A stretch of DNA of 64,000 nucleotides from Leucoraja ocellata (Eukaryota), in assembly GCA_036785375.1 (NCBI GenBank), contig JAWMAR010000137.1, positions 1,736,001 to 1,800,000 of the forward strand. The letters are read 5' to 3'. The notes under the pieces were generated by a model. That model ran no database searches. It worked only from the letters and a program-made list of their open reading frames with translations, and was not told where the DNA came from. Of this stretch, positions 36,961 to 49,670 are shown in pieces; the stretch's first letter is position 1; the number at the start of each line of letters is the position of its first letter. The position numbers and the translations under genes were made by a program.

Positions 36961-37279
36961 TTTCGCAAGTGTTCAAAGAAGATCTGAAAGTTTTCCCAGT
37001 ATCTGATCACCACCCTGCCCTTAACTACCTGTGCTCAACTCAGATTCATTAATCTATCACCTAATCTGATACTCTTGTCATGTCAGTCTATGGCACAATA
37101 ATGATTACATGTACGAAGTAGGCCAATGGCTTGAAGCAAGTGATGCCTTCATGAAATAATAAGATTTTCTACAAATGGCGGTTAGTTCATTATTGAACTG
37201 CTATAAGATATTTTGTACCTCATCAAAAAAAATGAAACATGCATTTTAGAAACAAGACATTGGAAAAAAGTCTGTTGAT

Positions 37280-37545
37280 GCAGAGTCAGAGAGTGATACA
37301 GTGTGGAAACAGGCCCTTTGGCCCAACTTGCCCATACCAGCCAACATGTCCCAGCTATTATAGTCCTACCTGCCAGCATTTGATCCATATCCTTCCAAAC
37401 CTGTCCTATCCATGTACCTGTCTAACTGTTTCTTAAATGTTGGGATAGTCCCTGCTTCAACTACCTCCTCTGGCAGCTTGTTCCATATATCCACCACTCT
37501 TTATGTGAAAACGTTACCCCTCCGACTCATTAAATCTTTTCCCCT
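37280..37545 (-). mobile_element. CR1 3' fragment
   Basis: Reverse-complement homologue of 20885-21140. Confidence 0.85.
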
Positions 37546-37924
37546 GTAAATGAGTTTATTTGGATTGCATAACAAGTTGCCAACGCGAATATGTTTTTAG
37601 TATAATAATTTTTTTGCTGCATAAGATGCAATCAGAGCAGTGCTAACTGGCATTATGGTAATCCCTTTAACATAGGGCAATGTCCCAGGCTTCTTCATGG
37701 GAACACAAAACGAAAAAGGAACCGAAATCTCCCAATGAACCTTTACAAAACACTGACATGGCCATGATTCCATGATTGGAGTAGCCTGTTCAGCTCTGGG
37801 TGCCACACATTGGGAAACATGAGAAGGTGCAGAAGAGATTGAGAAATGATCTCAGAGATGAGAAAAAATGGGATGAGAAAAAATGGGATTATCTCAGATT
37901 TGAGGGAGATACTTAAAATCAGGA

Positions 37925-38270
37925 AGTGTAAAGAGAGCGAACGGAGCGCTCTCCTCTGGCGAGCCCCGGCGAGGGCTCACCCGCTCCGCGACGCGAGTCA
38001 ATGCTGCGCCTGCAGCTGAAGCTCCAGGCGCGTCTCCAGGCAAGGCCGTACCGATCCTCGATGTTAGGCCACGGGGGAGACATGGAAAAAGTCGCCTCTA
38101 CTTGGAGGCGACCAAAACGGTTTCCCCCTAACCCCTCACACCACCCTCCACACAAGACACACAGAGAGACATTAAAAACATACTTTAAAACACAATAAAA
38201 AAACCAAAATAAGTAGAAAAAACTAACACGCTGCTGGCAGGGCTGCCGGCTTGCAGCGCCCCCACCGACC
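37925..38270 (-). mobile_element. GC-rich non-coding retroposon 5' part (relative of 24268-25160)
   Basis: Same module order: GCCAGCAGC hairpin, T-rich tract, G-rich tract, GGGGGAAAC, hairpin. Confidence 0.55.
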
Positions 38271-38274
38271 TGTT

Positions 38275-38975
38275 ATGAGAATAAGGCTTGAGAGTAAAGA
38301 TTAGTTTTAAGTCTTGACTTAAAAGAGTCGATGGAGGGGGAAGAGGGTTGCTGTTCCACAGTCTGGAAGCTGCAACCGCAAAGGCGCGGTCACCCCTGAG
38401 TTTATGCCTAGACAGCAGGATGTTCAGTAACCCTAAGTCAGCCAATCTGAGGGACCTGGAAGTGGTGTGGTGGGTAAGCAGACTTTTGATGGAGGTGGAG
38501 GCAAGCCCTTTAAGGGCTTTGTGATCATAAAAACGGATCTTGAAATTTATTGGGAACCGCACAGGGAGCCAGTGGAGAGAGGCCAGAATCGGGGTGATGT
38601 GGTCCCTTTTTTCGGGTGCCCGTCAGGAGTCTCGCTGCGGCGTTTTGGACCAGTTGCAGGCGGGACAGGGAAGATTGGCTGATACCAGTGTAGAGGGAGT
38701 TGCAGTAATCGAGGCGGGAGGAGATAAAAGTGTGGATGATCTTTTCGAGGTCGTCAAACTGGAGGAATTGTTTTATTTTAGCTATCGTCTGAAGCTGGAA
38801 GAAGCTAGCTCTTACCACGGCATTGACTTCTTTGTCAAATTTCAACGCCGAGTCAAATATTACGCCAAGGTTTTTGACGTGAGGTTTGAGTAATGGGGTA
38901 AGGTTTCCAAGGCTGCCTGCTATAGTTTTGATTGAGGCCGAGAAGAGTAGGTTGGCAGATGAAAAGTATGCAAGG
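38275..38975 (-). mobile_element. L2 LINE RT C-terminal fragment
   Basis: VKNLGVIFDS...SSRLDYCNSLY...LQLVQNAAARLL...GDRAFAVAASRLWN translation. Confidence 0.92.
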
Positions 38976-38977
38976 TC

Positions 38978-39062
38978 AAATAGACACAAAAAGTTGGAGT
39001 AACTCAGTGGGATAGGCAGCATCTCTGGAGAGAAGGAGTGGGTGACATTCGGGTCGAAACAA
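38978..39062 (-). mobile_element. Penelope-like pLTR fragment
   Basis: Family similarity. Confidence 0.75.
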
Positions 39063-39282
39063 TTTTTCCTTAGGATTGAGGAGGTCAGCTCCAACCTAGA
39101 TCAGCACAAAACATTTGGCCTTCATGATTAATGGATAATGGTAGATAGATTATGATGGGCATGATAACATTATAGATGTTTATGATAAAATGGTTATGGT
39201 GAGTGACTGTGGTAAGGTTGGCTGAGTACATTAAAATGTTAGGGTGCTAAAAGCAGTAAGGTAATGGGGGTACAATGAAAAC

Positions 39283-40018
39283 ACAAGAAACTGCAGATGC
39301 TGGTATTAAGCCAAAAACAAAGTGCTGGAAAGCTCGTCTAGTCAGTCAGCATCTGTGGAGGGAATGGACGGACATTGTTTTTGGTCGAGACCCTTCTGCA
39401 GACTGATGGAATGGGAAAGAGAGATGGGGTGGAGCAAAGCCTGGCAAGTGATAGGAGGATGCAGTTGAGGAGGGGCGTGATTCACAGATGGGTGGAGGAG
39501 TTGGTAAAGGCTAGAGATGAAAAGGAGACAAAAGGGTGTCAGATAAGGATAGAAGAAAAGGAGTGAAATTTAAAACCGAAAGGGGAGATACTGGTGGAAA
39601 TAGGACATGGGGGAGGGGAAAGGAGGGGGAGGAGGGGAATGAAAATGGGGGGCTCAGGAATGGGAAATCAGTGTATTATGGAGGGTAAAGGACAGGGGGA
39701 CATTGATGGTTGGAAAAATGGTGGGGTGGTGGGTGGGGGGGGGGGGGGGGGGAGGGGGGATATTAATTGAAATTGGAAAGCTCAATGCTCATATTGTTGG
39801 AAGTAAACTTCCCACTGAATACGAGGTGTTGTTCTTCCAGTTTGCCTGTGGGCTCACTCTGGGTGTGGTGGAGGCCTAGGACAGAAAGGTTGGTATAGGA
39901 ATGGGAAGGTGAGTTTACATGGCTAGCAACCAGAAGATCCAGAAGGCCTTGGCGGACAGAGCACATCTTTTGCGAAATGGTCGCCAAGTGTATGCCTGAT
40001 CTGATGTAGAGGAGGCCC
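39283..40018 (-). mobile_element. Penelope-like element 3' part
   Basis: VASHVNSPSHS...KLEEQHLVF translation; purine-rich UTR; pLTR. Confidence 0.8.
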
Positions 40019-41459
40019 AAGGATCAGGACAAGGATCGATTAATGGTGATGACAGTGGAATGGTTATGGCAGCAAACAGTAGGGAGATGACAGCAGATGC
40101 ATTAAAAGGTTCTGGTACTGACAGTTAAGAGCTTATGGTGGATATGATAAAATTATTATGGTGCGGATGGTGGAATGTTAATGGTTATGGTGGGTGCAAT
40201 AATGTGGTTATAGTGCAAACAGAAATGGTTATGACAGAAACAGTAAAATGCACACTGCAGTAACAGTAGGGAATCATGGCAGGTAATAATAAAATAAACA
40301 CAGAGGCTAAAGGCAGTGGTTTATTCTTCATTTTGTTGAACTAGAGAAAAGACACACACAAGTTTGGACAGTGGACGGACTGATTGGGCACAGAGGCAGT
40401 GTTGTGGATCAAATGATGGTGGAGAGATTGGTTTCTCACTGTAGTCGTGGAAGTTGATCGGATGGCTTGAAATCTTCAAAGAGCAGCCTAGAGATGGGGA
40501 GTGGGAGGTGGCCTGGACTACACAACAATGGGGACAAGAGGAATAGAATAGAATAGAATAGTTTCTTTATTGTCATTGTAACACGAACCATGTACAACGA
40601 AATTTAAAAATGTCAGCCAGTCAGTGCACCATTCAAACATTTCTAAAAGCTAACGATGCATACAATGTAAAATATTAAAAGATAAACTAAAATAAATATC
40701 ACAATATAAAAATCTTCTGCAAAGGAGCAACCTTTGCAGAAGATTCTTTCAGTTAAAAGGAAGGTACACAAGAACTGAATTAGACATGAATGGAGAGCTG
40801 GAAGATGATGATAAGCCTCAACAGAGCAGGGGTGGGGAATGGTGTTGAGGAAAACGAACATGAAATGCCACAGAAGCTACAGCACAGAAAATCAGCTCAT
40901 ATTTCTGAGTCTACGTGTACAATGCTGCTGAAAGCACATTTTTTTGCATGTACTTTTACCTTACAGCACCTTGGGTATATGACAATAAAATTGGACTTGT
41001 ATATTAAATATACAGTGTTCCAGAGACTGCTTCCGCATGCGTTTAAGGAAGCTAATGCTGGCAATGCTTCGAAATAAATCTTTCTACCCCAAGATTAGTA
41101 ATGCAGCTCACGGCATTCCAGATGCATTGGGATGCCCCAAGGTCACCAGCTTCCTTCAGTGAGTGTTGCTAATGGCAGAGAGTTTATGCACCTGCAGTAA
41201 ATAACAACTCTTCCATGCAAAACAACACAGAGTGATCGGTGGGAAGTTTTGATGTGTTAATCTCTAAATCAGAAATCACTGTCTGACAGCTGGCCCTTCT
41301 TTAAGACAAGCTAGCTTTGGGACAGCTCTTGATGCGGCTTCCACTTAACGTTGGGTAGCTGAATGAAATGGAATTCAACCCTATTTATGAAAGAAAGAAA
41401 GACTTAATACTTACACGGCACCTTTCCGGATGTCCCAATGCATGTTATAGCCATGAATC

Positions 41460-41990
41460 AAGGCCCACTAACACCCCGGCCATTCTCACTTCTCCTACTA
41501 GGCAGAAGATACAAGAGCTTGAAACCACATACTACCAGATTCAAGAACAGCTGTTCTCAGACTCGTGAATGAACTTTAAATATGCTAAGGCTGTATTTAT
41601 GATCTTCTAATCGACCTTGTTGCACCCTAGAATGTTTTTACCTGCTCTTTCTCTGAAACTGTAAAACTATATCTTGTTCAAGAAGGAACTGCAGATGCTG
41701 GAAAAGCGATGGTAGACAAAATTGCTGGAGAAACTCAGCGGGTGCAGCAGCATCTATGGAGCGAAGGAAATAGGCAACGATTCGGGCTGAAACCCTTCTT
41801 CAGACTGATGCAGGGTGGGGGGGGCTGGAAGAAGAAAGGAAGTATATCTTGTACTCTTTTTATTTTCTCTTGTTCACTGTTGTACTAGTATCACATGATT
41901 GCACTCACGTATGGTACAATTTGGCTGGTTAGCATGCAAATTAATGTTTTTCACTGTACCTCGATACATGTGGGATATGTTACACCAAAC
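41460..41990 (+). mobile_element. Rex/Babar-like 3' relic interrupted by a pLTR
   Basis: HPGH/GRRYKS-like segment and TTTCACTGTACCTCGATACATGTG tail. Confidence 0.6.
41678..41842 (-). mobile_element. Penelope-like pLTR insertion
   Basis: 10-bp TSD TATATCTTGT (41668-41677 / 41843-41852). Confidence 0.85.
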
Positions 41991-42204
41991 CAAAATTCAT
42001 CAGAAACCAAACCAAAATCCCTCAGAAATTTCAGTGCACACAAAGTAGTCTGAAAAAGAATGGTGATGCTGCAAGAATGGTGATGCTGCATTTGGATTCT
42101 GCTGTTTGTATAGAAAATGCAAACGTATTTGTCATAAGAATAGACACAAAATGCTGGATTAACTCAGCGGGTCAGACAGCATCTCTGGAGAGAAGGATAT
42201 ATAT

Positions 42205-42412
42205 CTCACTCCACGTTGTAGGCCGCAAACGGGGGCGGAGATTCGACATGGAGAAAAATCCCATCTCTGTCAAGGTAAGTGACTGAAAAAGGTTTCCCCC
42301 AATCCCCCTGCACTCCCCACATAAAATGTACCAAGAGACATTAAAACAAACATTCAAGACATACTCAAAATAATAAAAACAAAGAAGGGACAAGACAAAC
42401 TGCTGGCAAGGC
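42205..42412 (-). mobile_element. GC-rich-family retroposon 5' fragment
   Basis: GCCAGCAG, T-rich tract, GGGGGAAAC and GGCCTACAAC modules as at 37925-38270. Confidence 0.5.
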
Positions 42413-43258
42413 GGCCATTTTTAGGTCCCTCCAGAGATGTTCGATCGGGTTCAAGTCCGGGCTCTGACTGGGCCACTCAAGTACATTCACAGACTTGTCA
42501 CAAAGCCACTCCTGTGTTGTCTTGGCTGTGTGCTTAAGGTCGTTGTCCTGTTTGAAGGTGAACCTCCTCCCCAGTCTGAGGTCAAGAACGCATTGGAGCA
42601 GGTTTTCATTAAGGATCTCTCTGTACTTTGCTCCGTTCATCTTTCCCTCAATCCTGACTAGTCTCCCAGTTCCTGGCGCTGAAAAACATCCCCACAGCAC
42701 GATGCTACCACCACCATGCTTCACCGTGATGAGTGGTGGGTGCCTGATTTCCTCCAGACATGATGCTTGGCATTCAGGCCAAAAAAAATCAATCTTGGTT
42801 TCATCAGACCAGAGAATCTTGTTTTTCATGGTCTGAAAGTTCTTTAGGTGCCTTTTGGCAAACTCCAAGCGGGCTGTCATGTGCCTTTTACTGAGGAGTG
42901 GCTTCCGTCTGGTCACTCTACCACAAAGGCCTGATTGGTGGAGTGCTGCAGATATAGTTGTCCTTCTGGAAGGTTCTCCCATCTCCACAGGGGAACCCTG
43001 GAGTTCTGTCAGAGAGACCATTGGGGTCTTGGTCACCTCCCTGACCAAGGCCCTTCTCCCCCGACTGCTCAGTTTGGCCGGGCGGCCAGCTCTATGAAGA
43101 GTCCTGGTGGTTCCAAAGTTCTTCCATTTAAGAATGACGGAGGCCACTGTGCTCTTCAGGACCTGCAATGCTGCAGAAATTGTTTTATACCCTTCCCCAA
43201 ATCTGTGTCTTGACACAATCCTGTCTCGGAGGTCTACGGACAATTCCTTCATCTTCAT
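42365..43258 (-). pseudogene. Tc1 DD34E transposase, largely open but defective
   Basis: Paired-like N-terminus, GRP motif, WSDE, QDN-(34 aa)-NPIE. A short out-of-frame stretch follows KIDFF and the C-terminus is missing. Confidence 0.9.
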
Positions 43259-43663
43259 GGCTTGGTTTTTGCTCTGACATACACTGTCAACTGTGGGACC
43301 TTATATAGACGGGTGTGTGCCTTTCCAAATCATGTCCAATCATTTTAATTTACCACTGGTGGACTCCAATCAAGTTGTAGAAACATCTCAAGGATAATCA
43401 ATGTAAACAGGATGAACCTAAACTCAATTTTGAGTGTCATAGCAAAGGGTCTGAATACTTATGTAAATGTGATATTTCAGTTATTTATTTTTAATTACTT
43501 TGCAAAAATTTCTAGACACCTGTTTTTGCTTCTTCATTCTGGGGTATTGTGTGTAGATTGATGATTTAAAAAAAAATCAGAATTTAATCCATTTTTAAAT
43601 AAGGTTATAATGTAACAAAATGTGGAAAAATTGAAGGGGTCTGAAAACTTTCTGAATGCACTG
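42413..43663 (-). mobile_element. Tc1 transposon B, second copy, 3'-truncated
   Basis: TA|CAGTGCATTCAG terminus at 43663; colinear with 11935-13130. Confidence 0.93.
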
Positions 43664-43699
43664 TATATTCACGATATGGAACACCATATCAGACACAGA

Positions 43700-43915
43700 A
43701 AGGAGATGGGTTTACGGTTAGGTATTGGAATATGGAAGGCACTGCCTGAGTGGATAGTGTTAGCAGATATTCTTACAACATTTAAGTTGTGTTTAGAGAA
43801 AAAATGGAATTACCTTAAAATGGAGGCCCAAATGATGGTAACTAGATGGGTACATAATGGTTGGCATGATGAACCAAAGGGTCTGTTTCTGGAATATAAG
43901 ACACTATGATACCAT
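43700..43915 (+). mobile_element. Old CR1 3' relic
   Basis: GIWKALPEWIVLADILTTFK translation. Confidence 0.6.
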
Positions 43916-44044
43916 GACGTTTTGGTAAACATCCTAGTGAAGAGGGACTTGGGCCCGTCCCATCTTCAAATAGCACGAGGCAAAGAATCGATTGAACAAT
44001 AACAGAGCTGAACAAGGCAAATAAAAAAATAAAACATTAAAAAA

Positions 44045-44295
44045 AATCTGCCTATCTAAACCCCCCCACACACACTCTCTCAACTGTATCCCACCTATCA
44101 TTTGCCAGGCTTTATCTTGCCCTCCCTCTCTTCCAGCTTCCACCCCACCCAATAAATCAGCCTGAAGAAGGGTCCCGACCCGAAATGTCACTGATCCATG
44201 TTCTCTAGAGATGTTGCTTGACCTGCTGAGTTACTTACTCCAGCACTTTGTGTCTTTCTTTGCTAAACTAGTATCTGCAGCTCCTTATTATTACA
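44045..44295 (+). mobile_element. Penelope-like 3' end / pLTR
   Basis: Contains the hammerhead-like motif at 44156-44195; a second pLTR piece lies at ~44438-44565. Confidence 0.8.
44156..44195 (+). ncRNA. Minimal type I hammerhead-like ribozyme motif
   Basis: ATCAGc-CTGAAGA-a-GGGT(cccg)ACCC-GAAA-TGTC^ACTGAT; stem I ATCAG/CTGAT. Confidence 0.55.
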
Positions 44296-44817
44296 TTTTA
44301 ACTGCTCCACTGCAAAATCTTTAGAAAGTTGCAAGTTTGAAGTAGCTTTCCTCCTCTCTCTGAAGGAAGTTTCTGTGAGACCCGCTTGCATTGTTTCCCT
44401 TCTGTGATTCCTGTTGCTCTCCGTCCGGCTTTACGGTATGAAGAATGGTCCCAACCCGAAATGCCACCTATCCACGTTCTCCAGAGATGCTGCCTGACCC
44501 TCTGAGTGACCCCAGCACTTTGTGTCTTTCTTTGGTAACCCAGCATCCACAATTCCTTGTTATGACATTACAAATATTTAAACCCTCTGGCAGGTGGATT
44601 AACAACCAGAAATCAGTGATTTAAAATGTTTGGCAAAAACTTCTGATGGGAGATGAAAAATGTTTTTAGTCACAGTTGTCAGGATCTGGATCGGTCAGGG
44701 TGCGGCGTTCTTAAAGTGAATAGGACAGGCCCTATTAGCTGAGAAACCTGCAGGGAGAAGGATGACAACTAGGGCTACGGAGCAGGCGTGACTGCTCCGA
44801 CCATCGGACAGGTTAAT

Positions 44818-45290
44818 GATTACAAGAATGATCCCAGAAATTAGTTGGTTAACCTATGATGAGCGTTTGTTTCCACTGGGCCTATACTCGCTGGATTTTA
44901 GAAGAATGAGGGGGAACCTCATTAAAACATACAGAATAGTGGAAGGCTTGGATAAAGTAGATGTGGAGAGAATGTTTCCTCTAGTGGGAGAGTCTAGGAC
45001 ATGTGGTCATCGTTTCAGAATTAAAGGACGTTCTTTTAGGAAGGAGATGAAGAGAAATTTCAGCGGGCGGTGAATCTGTGGAATTCTTTGCCACAGAAGG
45101 CTAAGGAGGCCAAGTCAGTGGATATTTTTTAAGACAGAGATAGATAGATTTATGATTATTACAGGTGTTAGAGGTTATGGGGAGAAGGCAGGAGAATGGG
45201 GTTAGGAGGGAGAGATGGATCAGCCATGATTGAATGGCAGAGTAGACTTGATGGGCCGAATAGCCTAATTCTATTCCTCTTCCTTATGAT
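44818..45290 (+). mobile_element. CR1/HER1 3' fragment
   Basis: LGLYSLDFRRMRGNLIKTY...FPLVGESRTCGH translation and 3'UTR. Confidence 0.9.
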
Positions 45291-45826
45291 CTGCCACGCT
45301 ACACATTCCTCTGATTCTAACCCACAGTTCATAATCAAACACATCATTTCACAACATACTCTGACATATCACATTTATTGCTCCACTACATCACTGTTTG
45401 CCCACAACTGGCTGCTTTAACAAGAAACCAGGAACTAAGGAACAGAAGTTGCTTTTTGAATAAGACTGTTTGTGCTCCAAATGCAGCAAAATTTTCATAG
45501 TCTAGGATTGTTCTGCACACAGATTTCATGGAGGGTCATTAAAATTCCTCTCCAGCGTCTATGCCTTATGCAGCTTCACATAACAAGCTCATTTACACAG
45601 TCAGTAAGAACAAAGAAAATTATATTTCCCGAATGGAGCAGGCATTAAGCAAAGATGCAGAGTCAAAACTCCAATCTCCCAGTAAGTACCATTTGCCCCT
45701 TCAAGATTCTTGTTCACCTTCATACCCCACAGTGCTCATCCAGTACTAGTGTAAAAAGGAATTGCATTTCTTCCTTCCTGATAACCAATATACAGTCCCA
45801 AAAATTAACCTGTTATCATCTGACTA

Positions 45827-46184
45827 GGGCGGCATGGTGGTGCAGGGGTAGAGTTGCTGCCTTAGTGCTGGAGACCCGGGTTCGATCCTGACTACGAGTG
45901 GTTGTAGTGAACAGAGAACATTCTCGCCGTGACCCGCGTGGGTTTTCCCCGGGTGCTCCGGTTTCTTCCCACACTCCAAACACATACAGGTTTGTAGGCT
46001 AATTGGCTTGATAAAATTATAAATTGCCCTTAGTGTGTAAGATGGTGTAAGTGTGCAGGGATCGCTGGTCGGCACGGACTCAGTGTGCCGAAGAGCCTGT
46101 TTCCTCACTGTGCCTCGAAACCATAAATTTGTTTTTTATAAACTAAAAATGTCAATAAATTGAATCAAATCAAACTAAACTAAA
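45827..46184 (+). mobile_element. HE1-type V-SINE
   Basis: Head, V-domain and tail. Confidence 0.85.
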
Positions 46185-46589
46185 GACTTGTAATGGAAAA
46201 TATCTTCACTGGCTAATGATGTACCTTTTTAAAAAAAACACACTGTTCATAGAACATTTATGCAGTGTAGTTATAATTGTAATTTAAATTTAGACAATAA
46301 TTTGAATAATCTAGAATTTATCAATAAAAAATCCGCCTTGTATTTTACGTACTGAGAACATGAAAACAACTGGATTTGCTTAAAAACATATCCATTCATT
46401 GATGTCCTTAAGGGGAAAAAAATCAGCCAACTGACCAGGGCTAGCCTACTTGAGGTCCCATATCCATCCTATGTGATGAACTCAAGCACTCCTGACGTTG
46501 GCCCCAACCATGTACAGCTGTCCTCGCAAACATATGGACTGTAAATTTAGAGAGCCACCAGACACAGCAATCAAACAACAACACAACAT

Positions 46590-46965
46590 ACTCTCACAGA
46601 ATGGTATCTCATAGACAAAATCCCACACCTTTCTTCAGAAACAGCACACCAGGCTCAGGAACAGCTACTTTCCTTTCTTGAACCAACCCATCCAACCCTC
46701 ATCGTCAATGGTAGACAACAGACCACCTCTTGCACTACCATGGGCTTGGTTGTTTTCCTAAATGTGTTTTTTACTGATATATTTATTTTGCAGTCTTTTT
46801 TATTTTTACTATCTGGCAGAATTTCTATATAATTTGTTTATTTATGTATAATTTATTTTGCGTGTGTTGGTCTGAGTATCTAATCGTGATGCTGCTTCAA
46901 GCAAGATTTCCTTTGAATCTGTACCTCACTGTATGTGAAAATGGCAATAAACTCAACTCAACTTG
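46590..46965 (+). mobile_element. Rex/Babar-like 3' relic
   Basis: ACCAGGCTCAGGAACAGCTACTT segment and CAATAAACTCAACTCAA tail. Confidence 0.5.
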
Positions 46966-47121
46966 CCTTTAGATATATCTTATTGATGGGACAAGACAAC
47001 AATAAAGCGACATAGGTAAAAGATAAAAGCACTTGAAGTTCTCAAGAGCTTTATATCTCATTGTATTTGGGAATCAGATCAAAAGTGGCCAAGGGAATGT
47101 TCACCTGATTATCCCTCTCAG

Positions 47122-47770
47122 ATAGGTTTAGGTTTATTATTGTCACATGTAGCAAGGTACAGGGAAAAGCTTTGTTTTGCATGTTATCCAAACAGATCAG
47201 ATATACGATACATAAATAAAATCAAGTCAAAATCAAGTACAGTAGATTGAGCAAGGAGGAAAATACGGAGTGCAGAATACAGTTCTCAGCATTGTAGCAC
47301 ATCAGTTCCATAGACAAAGTGGACATAGGGGTGGAGGTGAAGCAGACAACACCCTAGCTTAAGGAAGGACAGTTCAGGAGCCAGATATCAGAGGAAAAGA
47401 AGCAATTCTTGAAGGTACGACTGGGGTGCAACAAATCTTAGATTATGCTGGTTGTTTTTCCGAGTCAGCGTGAAGTCAATGATGGGTCAAAGGTAGATGG
47501 AGTCAATGGTGGGAAGTCTGGATGGTGTGATGGATTGCGTTACTACTACAACTCCCTGCAATTCTTGAAGTCTTGGGCAGAGCGGTCCCAAACTAAGCTG
47601 TGATGCACCCTGATAATATATTTTCTATGGTGCATCTGTAAAGGTTTGTAAAAGTGGTTGGGAGACATGCCGAATTCCCTCAGTCTTCTCAGGAAGAAGA
47701 GATGTTGGTGTGCCTTCTTGGCTGTCACATCAATGTGGTTGCTCCACGACAGATCAATGGTAATATTAAT
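47122..47770 (-). mobile_element. Rex/Babar-like LINE fragment
   Basis: DLSWSNHIDVTAKKAHQHLFFLRRLREFGMS translation. Confidence 0.8.
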
Positions 47771-48177
47771 GGATGATGGATCAGTGATCCCCATTTAGCA
47801 CCAAGGTCACAGAATGTAATCTGGATGGTATTGGAGGAAAAAGTGAAAGGGACTTACCACCAAGTTCTTTCAAAGACGACACAGCATGGAAAGGCATCTG
47901 GTGTAAATGAGATCTTCATTTATATTGAAAGAATCAAGCAAATTGCGACGACTGCTGGACTTTCTTCTCAAAATATACAACAGTGAATTGGAAATATTTT
48001 CACAACAATCCAAAAAGATCATAGTCGCCGTTACAGATACAACAAACCCTACTCTGGCAATGAGTTCTTTAAAATCTAAAATAACAGTGCTGGTAAAGGT
48101 CACTGTGAAGCCAACAGAATTGTCTAAAACAACTTAATTGGTTCAATAATGTCATTTAAGGAAAGAAATATTGATAT

Positions 48178-48345
48178 TTCTATGGTGGAGATTGACAGAT
48201 TCTTGATTAGTAAGGGTGTCAGGGGTTATGGGGAAAAGGCAGGAGAATGGGGTTGAGAGGAAAAGAGAGATCAGGCATGATTGAATGGCGAAGTAGACTT
48301 GATGGGCTGAATGGTCTAATTCTGCTCCTAGAACTTATGAACTTG
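48178..48345 (+). mobile_element. CR1 3' end
   Basis: EIDRFLISKGVRGYGEKAGEW translation and 3'UTR. Confidence 0.85.
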
Positions 48346-49129
48346 TAGGCCTGATGCCTATAACCAGTCTCATCGACCTGCGAGTCCAACTCACACCAAC
48401 CTAGCTCCTGCCATTTGCTGAAGGTAGCTGCATCTCAACATCTCCTTCTTAGAGCTGCGAGATAAGTGCTTTGCCCAATGTGGTACCGGGTCTGCACATC
48501 GAGTTAGTGCAGGGCTCAGGTGTTAAAGAACCCATCGAGTCAGGCAGCAGCCCCGTGGGAGTTGGCAAGGTGAAGTGTGGACATCCACTCTAACTCTGGG
48601 TTGCTTACTTGTGAACCCACCACACAGACACTGGCCAAAGTCACCAAACAGTGTCAGTCAGTGACACTGTCCTATGATTGGACTCCACTATTTAAGAGTC
48701 TGATGCCCGAAGGACAAAATGACAGTTAGTACAAATGGCCAGCAACAAATTATAAGGTGCGACAAGCAGACAATCTACGCAATTCATTTCTGAAGAGCAC
48801 TGATTACTATTTGTCACACTACATTGCTGGATATTATGTAGCCCACTGCAATTCTGTATTACCAATGATCAAATAACACATAAACACACTAAAGCAAATT
48901 ACCACTCAACCTTCTTTCTACAAAAACACAAACCCAACCCATCCAATCTCTTCCTATAACTAGTCCTCCAATTCAGGCAATAGCCTGCTAATTATCTCTG
49001 CTAAGGACAAATATAGCTCTGTGGATTGAGGTAAAGAGTATCAAGGAGAACTGGCTACCTATGTCTGTGAAGGATATGTATCTCCTCTCCTCAAAGCCAA
49101 AAAACAAGCTGATCAGACTTCAGACTATT

Positions 49130-49670
49130 GGGGCGGCACGACGATGCAGCAGTAGACCGCGCCTTTGCGGTTGCAGCTCCTAGACTGTGGAACAGCATCC
49201 CCCGTCCTATCAGAAGTGCCCCCTCCATCGACTCCTTTAAGTCAAGACTAAAAACTTATCTATACTCCCAAGCCTTTCCTGACGTCCACTGAGCGAGGGC
49301 TATATGTATGTAGTTTGTTTGTTTATACCATTCTTATAACAAATGTAAAGCACTTTGGCCAACGAGAGTTGGTTTTTAAATGTGCTATATAAATAAATGT
49401 GACTTGACTTGACTAGGGTTGCTGTCTGACAGCTCCAGAAACCCAGTTTCGATCCTGACCACGTCTGTACAGGGTTTGTACACTCCCCGTGACCACATGG
49501 GTGCTCCAGTTGTCTTCCCCATTCCAAAGACACACAGGTTTTTTGGTTAATTGGCTTCAGTAAAATTGTAAATTTTCCCTAGTGTGTGTAGGATAGTGTT
49601 AGTGGTCGGTGCAAACTCAGTGGGCTGAAGGGCCTGTTTCCATGCTGTATCATCTAAACAAAACAAAACT
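49130..49670 (+). mobile_element. HE1-type SINE interrupted by an L2 tail
   Basis: Head 49130-49155 resumes at 49417. Confidence 0.8.
49156..49413 (+). mobile_element. L2 LINE 3' end with (GACTT)n tail
   Basis: Encodes RAFAVAAPRLWNSIP...SFKSRLKTYL; same family as 38275-38975; TAG on both sides. Confidence 0.88.

Noticed and set aside
37856-37890. Short tandem duplications (also ~27125-27170 and ~42058-42090)
   Set aside because: Ordinary slippage-type duplications with no further structure.
42365-43258. Intact or domesticated transposase gene
   Set aside because: It has an out-of-frame segment after the first catalytic Asp, lacks its C-terminus and second TIR, and runs into an unrelated repeat.
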